The notes: generated by a model not told the origin, from the letters alone. Shown: positions 12,399-24,073, numbered from the stretch's first letter. The stretch: 64,000 bases of DNA from Schmidtea nova (GCA_044892505.1 CM097883.1:358298001-358362000), one strand, 5' to 3'. Numbers and translations are program-made.

Positions 12399-12749
12399 GT
12401 TTATAAAAAAAAAATTTTGATCTATAGTCATTATGAGAATTATTGATAATAATAATAAAAAAAGATCAAANNNNNNNNNNNNNNNNNNNNNNNNNNNNNN
12501 NNNNNNNNNNNNNNNNNNNNNNNNNNNNNNNNNNNNNNNNNNNNNNNNNNNNNNNNNNNNNNNNNNNNNNNNNNNNNNNNNNNNNNNNNNNNNNNNNNNN
12601 NNNNNNNNNNNNNNNNNNNNNNNNNNNNNNNNNNNNNNNNNAATAATAAAAACTTTGAAATTAAAAATAATACTATTATTTTATCACAGTCTAAGTAATA
12701 CAATAAAGTAGATAATTAATAAAAACAAAAAGAAATAAAATACAAATAT

Positions 12750-15700
12750 TTATTGAAATAAATCATCTTCATCTTCGTCATCTTCTTGAATATCTTCATC
12801 TTCATCTTCGGTAATTGAATCCCCCATAACTGTAAAACTTTCCCTACAATGTCCATAAGCAATACTTTGATTTTTCTTAACCCAAAGTCTCTTATCATCG
12901 AGGTTAGTAAGTGCAATTTTTGAAAACTTATTAGTAAAAATTTGATGATTTTTACTCACAAATCGAGACTGCTCTACTGAAACTATAGTATTATTTCTAT
13001 AACAATCAAGATAAGACCGATGCTTCAGTTTAGTATCTTTCAAACAGACGCCTTTAGCCTTTAAACATTCCTTATCACCTAAAAGACTATAACATTTAGG
13101 TCTAAGAAAAACGTATTCCTTTTATTTATGACCCTTATTTTCGTCTTTAAACTTTCCTATAACAGAATCAAGTTTTTTCGAATATAAAGAATGACTAGGG
13201 TCGTAATTCGATGTATCCAAAAGACAATCTCTAACCATCGCAGGTAACAGAACATCTAACCTACAATTCTTAATCTCCAAGAAGAAAGAGTCAGTATCGC
13301 CTGCAACTATATGAATCTCACAGTTGAATTCATTGCGATATTTTTGCAATTCTTCATACTGGAGTTGATACATCCTAAGTTTAGATAAATCCAGTACAGT
13401 TTGACCAATGTAGCTGGGTCTATCTAAACACACAGAGTCCTTATTAAGCAAGACAGAAATTAGGTCATCGTCAATCCTATAAGTTTTTCTAAAGGTAGGT
13501 TTTGATGTATATGTAATCAGTTTTGATGCTGAATTACAAAGTCGTAAATTTAATCTTTTCTTAAGATTTTCCACAGTTTTTCCGTAAAGACTATTATTTA
13601 AAAGCTTATAAAAATCTTTATCTAAATTAAACGATGAAGCTGCCCTAAGTCGTGTATTCGTATCTATATACTCTTTAAATATAGATTTCTGTTTGTACTG
13701 AATAGCCCGATGAACTCGTGTTATTTTAACACCCAAAGAAACAAAAAGCTTGAGAAGTCTCCAATGAACAACATAGTTGAACTTTGGATAATGTGTCAAC
13801 ATTAACTTTTCAACTTTAGAATTGGGAGTACACATTCTTTCTGCCGCTACTGGAAAGTCATTTAATTTATCATGAATTTCAACTGGGATTTCCAAGTCAA
13901 CTTCAAATGTTACACCGATTGTTAAAAGTTCCAAGTCGGCATCCATCAAATTAATTAATTTATTTAATTTTTTCTCATCATTATTCCATTTAAATTTACC
14001 ACAAGGTAATTTTTGACTTAAGGCCCAACCGTACAAATTATTAATGTCGATGTAAAGTAGTTCAGTCGTTTCGGAGGATACTACATGGTGCTTGTTGACA
14101 AATGTTAAACCACCACGGATCCCCCCTTCGAAAAAATTATACATCTCCATATCCTGGAGCAATTCAATAGGTTCTTCCAAGGTAAGAAGTGCAGAAGCCA
14201 CGACATACCTGGAATACCCAAGAAATTCAACGGTTCTAACCTATTATGAGAAATTGACTTGGCTCTAAACTGTTGGAAAAAGTCAGCAAGAAGAAAGACG
14301 TCAAGTTTTAAGTATATCATCATGTAGTCACAAAGAGTTTGACAATTAGTTTCCCTCCAAATAACTAATGCCTTGTCGTATTCAGCCTGCTTAACACCCT
14401 CCCAGATTGGTGGTAATTCATATGTTTCATTCAAGACTTCTAACGATGTTGCAAAATTATAAGGAAAAATACCCTTACAATCAACAATAGTACCAGTGAA
14501 TTCAGATCGCGTTAAAGGTAATGAAGTCAATGTTTTAACCGCATCATTTAAACTGGAGTTAATAAACTGACAAGAGTCAATGAATTTAATTGTTAAATCA
14601 CCGACTCTTGCAGACAAAGTAAGGAATTTTTCACTCGTAGTTGGTATACATGATATTTTCCAAGTTGAAAAGTTTGCCAATCCATATTTAAGAATATGGT
14701 GCATGTCATACCCTTTTAAATTATGAAAAACTACCGGTAGTTCCTTACGAATCTGTCTAGTAAGATTACATTTTAAACAAGCAGCTCCCAAGAATTCACC
14801 AGTGTAGTGATCATGGTCTCTAACCGGATTAACTAAACGATTTTTACAAAGATAACAAATTGTAGATGAGGCAAAAGATCTTTTATTATCGAATGTCATA
14901 ATAAGTGGTTTTTTGTAATTGTTTTTATAAAAAGGAAAAACAATTTCTTCACCTATATTGTTAATTTCAGCAAGAAAATTAGTAACGCAATCAAGACCTA
15001 AGAAACTCTTGTAAATCTTTTCTCCAGTGAAATTATTTACAAGTAAAAGACCGGCAGATATTGGGACATGCCTTTGAAAGTACTTATCATCAGCAGGTAA
15101 GATTGCCTCAAAATCGGCGTAAACTACAAAAGGTGGAGTAATTGTTTTGCCCCAATTACTAAATGTCAAATAAGGATTTTTAGGTAAAGTATATAGAGTT
15201 GTGCCTAATTGATTTTTAGAACACAACTCTTGATGACGAACAAATGAATCTTGATATCTAAACCCATTCAAGCATCGATGGCACCATAAACTTTGAATAC
15301 GAGTACCAGATATTGATTTATTGTCAAGATTTAAAAGTCTATCAAGATTGGTTACTGCTATATAATGAAAAGAGTCACCATTTTGCAAAAGAATCAAGTT
15401 AATAGGAATTCCGTCTACTACTTTCGACCTATGAATTATGTCAATACACGGATGTTTGAAAACTTCAGGCTTAGTGTCTAGAATTCCAGATTCATCATAT
15501 GAAAGTACATTAATCGCATATCCCGGGTTTTTAGCTTCAAACTTTGGGATATTGCAAAGACGCATAGGCAAATCAGAAGGACTAAAGTTAACATCTGAAA
15601 GATTGTAATTACTGATCCTATGTTTATTTTTACGACCAGATATCTCATCATATTTAATAATTACCAAAACAGAATAGATAAAGCACAAGTCATCAGAATT

Positions 15701-16672
15701 CTGAACATTTACAACACAATGTTTTGACTTTAAAGATTCAGGAGTGTCAATACCACCGTAACCTATTAACCTACTAATCTCAGAAAATTGTGTTAATATG
15801 AAATGAATTTCATGAATTTTATTAATTATCCAGTTACTACCTCTATTATTAATTAATGTAATTTTTTCATTAAGAATATTAATGCCATCGTCTATAAAGG
15901 TATCTGTGACAGGTTGTGCAGAGTTAGAAATAACTATAGTTTGAAAAGCACCATCTTTTTCAAACTCAACTTCGATGCAAAATTGAATTTTAACCGTTCC
16001 CATCGTTTCAATAACATTATTTAATTTATTAATTAGATTATCAGGTACAAACATGGTTTTTAAATTCAAGTTAGTGACAATCATTTTAACTATAGCATGT
16101 GATTTATTTAAATCAAATTTAACAACTGGTAAAATGGAGCCACCAACCTGTACTTCAGGAACTAAAGAGTATTTATCGTCAGAAATTTTATCAAAAGAAC
16201 CACCAATTTGAATATTATCGATAGGATCAAAAGTGTCTACAACCACAAAATCAGAAAGATTATTTATATCAAGAATGTTATCATCAAGAATGGTATCATT
16301 ATCAAGAATGTCATCATCAGGAATGGTATCATTACCAAGAATGTTATCATCATCATCAGAAATTACAACTATATCTGAAGGAACAACCGAAGGAACAATT
16401 GAAGGATCAACTGAAGGAACAACTGAAGGAACAACTGAAGAAATATCATCAGAAAGAACTGACTTGTTAATTTTGATTGGGATTGGACTATTTTCATTAC
16501 ATTTTCTTTTAAGAGGTAATTTAAAAATAGATTTTTTCGATGTTTTAAATTGGTCTAAATGCTCGCAATGAGTCTTGTAAAAGTCAATATACGAAGAGGA
16601 CGAAGTAGATTTACAAAAAGGACAAATGTAGTAGGTTTTACAATTATGAGGGTATGAATAATATTTTTCCAT
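12750..16672 (-). pseudogene. pPolB: Protein-primed family B DNA polymerase (two frameshifts at ~14200 and ~13085, one nonsense codon at 13122)
   Basis: Exo motif VVYADFEA; VRDHDHYTG; VFHNLKGYD; Pol motifs YIDINNLYG, KLLNNSLYGK, AGDTDS, KAKGV. N-terminal Zn-finger-like and PSVV repeat region; acidic C-tail. Confidence 0.95.
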
Positions 16673-16920
16673 TAATTCTTGGCATTTTACATCATGAATT
16701 GTGGAGTTGCAATATTTTTGATATAAATTGCCTATAAATTTTAAAAATAATATAAAAATAATGATGAAAAATTATGATAAAATATTAATGATGTATATCA
16801 AGTGTGTATACACACATTCAAATCAAAATATCGTAATATATATTTATTGATTATGATTGGTTAAAATAATTTAAAAATTTCTAAATAAACGACTTATAAA
16901 ATTAAAATAATCATTAAAAA

Positions 16921-17449
16921 ATGTATCAACTGAAAAGTAAGATTAATTAATTTTAAATGATTATTTTTTTAATTTCTTTTTCTAGAATCGAAAAGAATGA
17001 CAAAACAAGAAATAATGAAGATTATACTTGAGGAAAATCCTATTTCTTCATCTAATTTGGCATTGAATTCACCAGTTCAATTCATGCAATACTCGATGGA
17101 GTATTTGAAATATCCGATCAAATATTCATTTAAAGTAAATAATTAAATATTATAAAAATCTAATTGATATTATTTACAGGAACCTGTTACATTGAAACAA
17201 TGTCAATACAATATTCAGGTTGGAAAAATCGGGGAAATTGATAGAAAGAATCTATCAGAAATTTTAATGCTAATAAATAAAGATATTCAATTCAACGAGG
17301 AATTCACATATATGAACTGTAAAAAAGAAACAGATTTAGGCAAATAAGATGATAATTCAATGTATCAAATCAAAATTATCTTACAAGGATTTAAACAAAC
17401 CGAAAACGTGATAAAACCTAGTTGGAAAATTACTGATTTTCATGAATAA
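16921..17449 (+). CDS. Three-exon unknown Polinton gene divergent from pPolB (exons 16921-16936, 16986-17134, 17180-17449; in-frame TAA at 17345)
   Basis: Two GT-AG introns (49 and 45 nt) whose removal keeps the frame: MYQLKKSKRMTKQEIMK...YSFK|EPVTLKQCQYNIQVG...; no homologue recognised. Confidence 0.55.
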
Positions 17450-17784
17450 ACTCTTGTTTAATTTATTTGTTCTTTAACTGTTTTTAAAAATTGATTTTTT
17501 CTTATTTTACATTAAATATATTTTAAAAATAATATATAAATTTATCATTTATAAAATATATTTATTATAAAATAATCGTTAATTAAATTCATATAATGTA
17601 AAAATATATTTATTATAAAAATTAATTAAATTCATATAAAAATCTATCAATTATAAAAATTAATTAAATTCATATTATATATAAAAAATCTAACAATTAA
17701 AAAATAAACATTAAATTGATAATAATATATTTAATTTCGTCAATATATAAATACTTACATTTAACATGAAGTTTCGTTGGCATA

Positions 17785-17996
17785 ATTTTCTTTGAAAATT
17801 TCATTGGCATAATATTGTTTGAAAATTTCATTGACATATTTTTGTTTTGCATATTATTGTTTGGCATAATATTGTTTGGCATAATATTGTTTGGCATAAT
17901 ATTGTTTGGCATAATTTTCTTTGAAAATTTCATTGACATATTATTGTTTGGCATAATATTGTTTGGCATAATATTGTTTGGCATAATATTGTTGGT
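17785..17996. repeat. 15-nt tandem repeat array (ggcataatattgttt) inside the Polinton
   Basis: About nine copies in two blocks, each block bordered by aaattttcattgacata. Confidence 0.9.
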
Positions 17997-18290
17997 TGAC
18001 ATTATTTCAAAATCTGTAAAGAAAAAATTAAAAAATTATCATAAAAAATTAAACTTACTTACTTAAGTTGGCTTGTTGTTAAAATTGGCATTTATTTAAA
18101 CGAAATTATTTTAAAAATAATTTAATTTAAAATTAATTAAATATTTTACAATATGTAATTTAAAATTAAATATTTTACAATATGTAATTAAAATTATTTT
18201 CAACTATAATTTAACAAATTCAAACATAAAAATTCACTTTTGTATTAGTGAATACCAAAAATAGAAAAAGTCGTTTTATAATAAAAAATT

Positions 18291-18669
18291 TTATTTCATA
18301 TATTTTAGCCAAGCTAAACAATGTTGCCCACAGGTTTTTGTCATTGGATTTTGATATCGAATTCTGTTATATTCTATTGGTTTTAACATTGACGATAATT
18401 TTTTCAATAATATCGGTGGGTAATAAAATCCCATTGGATCAAACACGTATATTTTATCGGGTTTATTATAAATTGCAAGCCAATGTTCACCTTTGAGGTT
18501 TGATGATTGAGTATTGACAATCAATGCTTTATTCACATCTATATACGGTATTTTATCTAGAGGAAAAACTCCTAGAAATTCCGATCCAATTAATTTTCTA
18601 GCAATCTGATCTACCTGAATTGAACTAAAATCAATAAAATTTAATTATTAAAAATAAATCTTACTTCAT
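18291..18669 (-). CDS. Adenain-like (C5) cysteine protease with a 40-nt intron (18625-18664)
   Basis: FLGVFPLDKIP, IVNT..S...GEHWLA, FDPMG, Q.....TCGQHC. Splicing gives MNSIQVDQ..., 112 aa. Confidence 0.85.
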
Positions 18670-18701
18670 TTACTTTATTAATTAATTAAAATTAGTTTAT
18701 A

Positions 18702-19928
18702 TTAAACGAGTATTGTTCGATTAGCTGTAATTTGTAATTCCTTTTCAAAAACTCCATATACAATTACAGAAACTGATTCAGTCAATGGTGTACCAAATTT
18801 AATATCAAGTCTTAGATTACCTTGTTGTGGTAATTGACTTTGATTTAGGTCAAAATCTGGAGCCAAAACGAAGGTGAAAAAAGGATATTTGCTTTTCCAA
18901 TCTGATAAAGTAATACCGCAATTCATACTCTTATTCAGGTAACCAAGGTTACGGATAATAGATTGCATATAACTAGTACTACAAATATCATTTTCAAAAT
19001 CTTGAGAATATTTTTCACGATAATCACTTCCTTTTGATAAAGTTAATGATTTGACATTAAAATGATCGTAAATAGAATAAGTTTCAGTAAAAGAACCACT
19101 ATGTCTTTTATTTCCTTGAAATGCTACAAGAATAAAGATTGGTAATCGTCTATCGCCAAAGATTTGTTCCTTATAAAACGAAGAAGAACCCATTGGCAAT
19201 GAAAATTCTACAACTTCCTTATTTCTTATTGGATAAATTGCATTTCTTGTACCAAGTCCAATTTGATGCCCAGCATAAACTGATGGTTCTACTCAAACTC
19301 TTCTAACCATTAATTTTGCCTCTAACAATTCAATTATAGGTTCAATTTTTGTACATGTTAAACTATTGGATGGATTTGATCTCGTCAATTTAATTTGAAC
19401 ACTAACACCTGGTAATAAATACTTGGGCTGTTCCATGAAATCGAAATGTAATGGAGAACAAATTGAAAATGGTTTTGATTTTGCAATCCATGCTTTTCTA
19501 GTAAGATCATGGTCATTGTATCCCATTGGAGTTAAAGATGTGTGTTTTGTATCACTATTGTAGTTGAGAATAGTTTCAATCATGGCTTTGTGTGTAAATG
19601 TATCATTTCCTCCTTTAACTTTAGTAGAATTGAAAATTAATTCGGCTTCTTTAAAAAGAGTTTGGAAAAAGAAATTGTTGGGAGTAACATCAGGATCCAA
19701 TCCTAAATTTTCACCCGAATTGTTTACAACTTTGACCTGAAGAGATAGTAAAGTATCGTTCAAATCTAAATATTCAGTTTGAGATCCGTTGATGTAAAAT
19801 TGAATAGATGATGTCCCAGCATCTGTAATTGAATTTGTTGGGTAAATATCTTCAAATGCACCATGTTCAATTACTGCTTGTAGAGATGGTCTATCAAAAA
19901 GACATAATTCAGATTTTGCACTAATCAT
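18702..19928 (-). pseudogene. Major capsid protein (PY, double jelly-roll), one in-frame TGA at 19293
   Basis: KSELCLF...I.F.I.GS..EYLDLNDTLL N-terminus and GNLRLDIKF..PL.E..SVIVYG C-terminus. The two ORFs are in the same frame. Confidence 0.9.
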
Positions 19929-20332
19929 TTTTCAAATATTGTTCCATATCCTTTCATTCTTTTGATTATATGTTTCTTCATATTTCTTTTACGTTTAAGA
20001 ATTCCGCCATTTTGTTTATTTTCAGTTTTATTTTCGTTAAACACATCAGTCACTTTACTAATTACTTGTGGCAAATGATGAATCACATCGGGCAATGAGT
20101 CTTTAATTTCAGAAATGACATTGGATTTTAGTGCAGGTAAAATCTTTGAATTATTATTTAACACATCATTGGCAGTTTTCATACCAAAATTTCCAATACG
20201 TCTAAGAATTGGTAATGCAAATCTACCTATCGTTTTCAACCAACCAGTTCCATATTGTTTACCTACAAAATACGGTAATTCTCCACCTGATTGGCTGTTG
20301 CTATAGAAACTGATAATATCTGGATTATTCAT
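19925..20332 (-). CDS. Polinton small structural protein with protease sites and amphipathic helix (adenovirus pVI-like by analogy)
   Basis: QSGG, QYGTG-WLKTIGRFALPILRRIG, QNGG and a basic C-tail; lies between penton and major capsid. Confidence 0.6.
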   Translation of the reverse strand: MNNPDIISFYSNSQSGGELPYFVGKQYGTGWLKTIGRFALPILRRIGNFGMKTANDVLNNNSKILPALKSNVISEIKDSLPDVIHHLPQVISKVTDVFNENKTENKQNGGILKRKRNMKKHIIKRMKGYGTIFEK

Positions 20333-21347
20333 TTATTTTACGAAAATGTAGAGTCAAGTAAGTTTTGTCTTCTTTTGCAAATTTAACTATTTTTCCACTG
20401 TCATCACGAATATTGATTTCAATATTGTTTATATATGTGGAACTGACCGGTAAATACATTGGATTTTTCTCAACAATTTGAACCAAATCACCCTTTTTAT
20501 GTTTTTCAACCCAAACACATTTCAATAGGGGAACTGACATGTCACCAACAAGAATTGGTTGAATAATATTCGTATAGATGAACATTTGCTGATGAAGTTT
20601 TAAAACTTGTGGATAATATACACCATCAATAATTTTGTCAAAGAATTCTTGTTCAACTAATCCTAACGAATTTGCTAAATTCCTACTAAATTTTACACTA
20701 GTTATATCATCTTCAAGAATTAATTTAATTAATTTTCCTTCTTTAATATCAATCACTTTAAATGGATGTGGATAAAAAGTTTCAATTTGATCAGATAATT
20801 CAGTAAGATTATTTATTATTAAATCGTCTTTGAAATTATCTGTATATTCAACAGGAAAAGTATAAGTTATAGTAAATCGTATAGTATCATCAAGTTTTTT
20901 ATTTTCATTTGCTGGAATTTTAATTTTGTTTAATTCATCATTAAATGTCACAGCTTTTTCTTGAAACCCTAATTTTTTAGCTTCATCAACACTATCAAAT
21001 ATTATTTGAAATGGAAAATATTTACAATTTACATTTAAAATATTGCCATCAATATACATTAAATAATAATTAGAATCGTGACTTATATCATATTCTTTCT
21101 TTTGTTGGTTAAAATTGAAATATTCATAACTAGAATGTAATTCATTTCTAATAAATTTTATACTTGAACTATTATAAAATGGAAATTCATTGTATACAAA
21201 AGTAAAATCCATAAGAGCAACTTCCCAACTACCATCCAAATAAATTGGGTTTTGATATTCAACATTGAATTTTCCAGCTTTATTATTGGGATGTGTCAAT
21301 GGACAAGAATTGCTTGGTAAATTAACATAAAAATCTTTTTTAATCAT
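20325..21347 (-). CDS. Minor capsid/penton (PX) paralogue 2
   Basis: FYVNLPSNS.....N...F.V....PI.L.G.WEVAL; C-terminal F.Y..II.P..VGD..VPLL and P.Y.P.....INNIEI.IRD.SG. Confidence 0.85.
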   Translation of the reverse strand: MIKKDFYVNLPSNSCPLTHPNNKAGKFNVEYQNPIYLDGSWEVALMDFTFVYNEFPFYNSSSIKFIRNELHSSYEYFNFNQQKKEYDISHDSNYYLMYIDGNILNVNCKYFPFQIIFDSVDEAKKLGFQEKAVTFNDELNKIKIPANENKKLDDTIRFTITYTFPVEYTDNFKDDLIINNLTELSDQIETFYPHPFKVIDIKEGKLIKLILEDDITSVKFSRNLANSLGLVEQEFFDKIIDGVYYPQVLKLHQQMFIYTNIIQPILVGDMSVPLLKCVWVEKHKKGDLVQIVEKNPMYLPVSSTYINNIEINIRDDSGKIVKFAKEDKTYLTLHFRKINE

Positions 21348-22377
21348 TTATTTTACGAAAATGTAGAGTCAAATGAGTCTTTGTATCTTTTGAAAATTTA
21401 ATTAATTTTCCACTGTCATCACGAATATTGATTTCAATGTTGTTTATAGTTGATGTTGAAATCGGTAAATACATTGGATTCTTTATTTTAATTTGTACAA
21501 CTTCGCCTTGGTCATATTTCTCGATCCAAATTGATTTTAGGAGGGGAACCCGTACATCTCCAACAGTTACTGGTTCAATAATGTTGCTGTAAATGAACAT
21601 TTGCTGATGAAGTTGTAAAATTTTGGGGATTTTTACACCAATTATTTCTGTATCAGTATATGTTTGTTTCTGTAGACCCAGAGATTTGGTTAAATTTGAA
21701 TCAAAAGTAATTTTTGAAATATTATCCTGAAGAATAATTTTAACCAATTCATTATTGACAAGTTTCATTTCTTTAAAAGGAGATGGATTAATTTTCATTA
21801 AATATCCTTGCAATTCCGGTAATGACGTTATGAATAATTCATCTTGAAAATAATAATCATTAACAGTTTTAATGTCATAATTTATTAAAATTCCAAATTG
21901 TTCAAGACTATTATCATTCGTGAATTTTGGTAATTTTAAACGACAATGATCATTTTCACTTGTAATTGATATATTTTCCAATCCAAAACTTTTTGCATGT
22001 TCAAGATCTGGAAATGTAATTTTAAATGGAACATGTGGGCAAACAATCACTAAATAATTATATTTTTCAATAAATACATCAGTGTCTGAACTAGGTTGAG
22101 AAACTATAACTTGAATTGTTTTATTTTGATTATTAATTCTCAAATAACTAATTTCTTGAATTTCTCTTTTAGTTTCAATTTGAATAAAAGAATTACTATA
22201 ATACGGAAACAAATTATACACAAAAGTAAAATCAATCAAAGCAACTTCCCAATCGTCATTACTATTTAAATAAATCGGATTTTGAAATTCTACATTAAAA
22301 TTACTAGCTTCATTATTAGGATAAATAAGAGGACATGCATTGCTAGGCAAAATCATATAAAACTGGTTTTCTTTCAT
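21340..22377 (-). CDS. Minor capsid/penton (PX) paralogue 1
   Basis: Same N- and C-terminal PX motifs as 20325-21347, with a divergent middle. Confidence 0.85.
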   Translation of the reverse strand: MKENQFYMILPSNACPLIYPNNEASNFNVEFQNPIYLNSNDDWEVALIDFTFVYNLFPYYSNSFIQIETKREIQEISYLRINNQNKTIQVIVSQPSSDTDVFIEKYNYLVIVCPHVPFKITFPDLEHAKSFGLENISITSENDHCRLKLPKFTNDNSLEQFGILINYDIKTVNDYYFQDELFITSLPELQGYLMKINPSPFKEMKLVNNELVKIILQDNISKITFDSNLTKSLGLQKQTYTDTEIIGVKIPKILQLHQQMFIYSNIIEPVTVGDVRVPLLKSIWIEKYDQGEVVQIKIKNPMYLPISTSTINNIEINIRDDSGKLIKFSKDTKTHLTLHFRKIND

Positions 22378-22382
22378 AATAT

Positions 22383-23468
22383 TTATTTAATCAATTGTTT
22401 TTCAGATATCCAACTTGGAGTTTCATAGCCATGCCATTTAACGTAATATTGTTTATATTTCCCATCAGTTTTGGTTTTTAAAATCTTTTGAATTCTAAAA
22501 ACTGTGGGAGCTGGAATAACTTGAAGTTCTTGTTCGTAGAATTTCCCTTCGATTACATTGTTTTCATGATCGGAAATAGTATACATGACAGGATTTTGAT
22601 TAGTATCAACATTTGAGATTTGATATACTTCATCACTCCAATTACTATCAAAATTTTTGATGAAGGGAGAAGCACTGATTTTACTCATTCTCACATAATC
22701 GCCTACTTTATATTTCGGTTTTTTATTAATTGATTTTAATCTATCTTTTATCCATCCATCAAAATTATTATTTGAATATACATCGATAGGTTTCATTTTA
22801 TTTAATCCCGAATGCGGTGAACGATTGTAACTGGAAATAATTTTCGGTAAAACATTTATCCATGTTTTGTTACCTTGATACACAAAATACTTTTTCAAAC
22901 GATCTCTTAAAGTTCGATTAAATCTTTCAACATGAGCAGCTTTGAATTGAGAAAATACAGAATAATGATTGATTCCTTTAATCACTTCTTTTACTTTGCT
23001 GTTATAAAACTCTTTTCCTAAATTAAAATTAATTAATTTTTAAAAATTTAATTTCTTACCCAAATCAGTTTGTAAATTACGTGGCTTCCCATCTTTAAAT
23101 AAAGACTGAATAGCCTCAGCCATTTCATTAGCAGATTTAGTTTTTGTTGGAATAGCTCGTGCATAACGGCTAAAAACATCAATACAAGTCAAAATATATT
23201 TGTAACCCTTGTTAATTTTAGAATAAGGAATCATTTCCATCAAATCCATTTGCCATAAATCGTTACCCCCAAAAGTTTTATATTTCCGTGTAGGAAATCT
23301 TTTCAACATTGGTTTATTTAAACTATATGCCAATTGATCAGATAACCATTTTTGAGTTTCATTCTTTGAACTTTTTATTCTTTTTGCCAATTTTTTGACT
23401 GAACCAAAACCATCGGGATCTTTTGGGTTTGTCCATATCGTTTTTATATTCTTCATGATTTTCTTCAT
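22383..23468 (-). CDS. Polinton retroviral-type integrase with chromo-like C-terminus; 42-nt intron 23018-23059
   Basis: WQMDL, QTDLG|KEFYN (restored by splicing), VERFNRTL, YYVKWHGY. The spliced ORF is 1044 nt and open. Confidence 0.9.
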
Positions 23469-23530
23469 TAATACAACAATTTGTTAAAATATTTAAATCT
23501 ATATTATGTTTATTCGGTTCAGAAATTTTA

Positions 23531-23860
23531 TTACCCATTTCTTAAAGATGAGATTGCACTTATTGCTGATAATACTATTGGAATTAATGTACCGAGAAAC
23601 CCACCCTTTTGTTTATATATTATTTTTCGCATAAGATTTCTATTTTTGGTATTCACTAATGACAAAAGTGAATTTTTATGTTTTTGTAGTTCAATTTTCT
23701 TTGATCTACTAATATTTACATTACCATGAACAATATTAAAAACGATTTCAAGTAAATCATCAATAACAAAGGGTGGGAAAGCTTGTAAAATTATCATTCG
23801 CTTATTTGTTGGAGCTTTAACCAAAGCATTAAAATACGGTAAACTACGTTCAAATTTCAT
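23531..23860 (-). CDS. Polinton conserved small core-like protein ending QKGG-FLGTLIPIVLSAI
   Basis: Typical small ORF between ATPase and integrase, with a GG cleavage motif and hydrophobic tail. Confidence 0.65.
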   Translation of the reverse strand: MKFERSLPYFNALVKAPTNKRMIILQAFPPFVIDDLLEIVFNIVHGNVNISRSKKIELQKHKNSLLSLVNTKNRNLMRKIIYKQKGGFLGTLIPIVLSAISAISSLRNG

Positions 23861-23890
23861 GATTAAGATTTTTGTATATATTTATTTCGT

Positions 23891-24052
23891 TTATAATTTT
23901 ATCCACTTCTTTACTTGTTTCTTTCTTTTACCAATCTTTTTGACAACTTTTTTAACTAATTTAGATTTTTGATCAACTTTTTTAATTAGTTTTTGATCAG
24001 ATTTTTGAACAGCTTCTTTATTTAACTTGAAAATTACTTTTTTAAATGACAT
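23891..24052 (-). CDS. 53-aa lysine-rich ORF (not in the ORF track)
   Basis: MSFKKVIFKLNKEAVQKSDQKLIKKVDQKSKLVKKVVKKIGKRKKQVKKWIKL; same strand as and packed among the Polinton genes. Confidence 0.5.
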   Translation of the reverse strand: MSFKKVIFKLNKEAVQKSDQKLIKKVDQKSKLVKKVVKKIGKRKKQVKKWIKL

Positions 24053-24073
24053 TATTATTTCATTTATTTGTTT

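Larger units (their letters stand above)
10320..12470 (+). mobile_element. Penelope-like element copy 1
   Basis: ORF1 fragment (to 10715), RT-endonuclease ORF and 3' terminal repeat; nearly identical to 35260-37980. The 5' part is masked. Confidence 0.95.

Noticed and set aside
12640-12750. Polinton terminal inverted repeats (AGT-rich ends, 6-bp TSD)
   Set aside because: No matching pair found; the left side is masked or adjoins a PLE and the right side is truncated within the ATPase.
19199-19295. Programmed read-through in the major capsid gene
   Set aside because: A single TGA is most simply a CGA-to-TGA decay mutation; pPolB in the same copy also has lesions.
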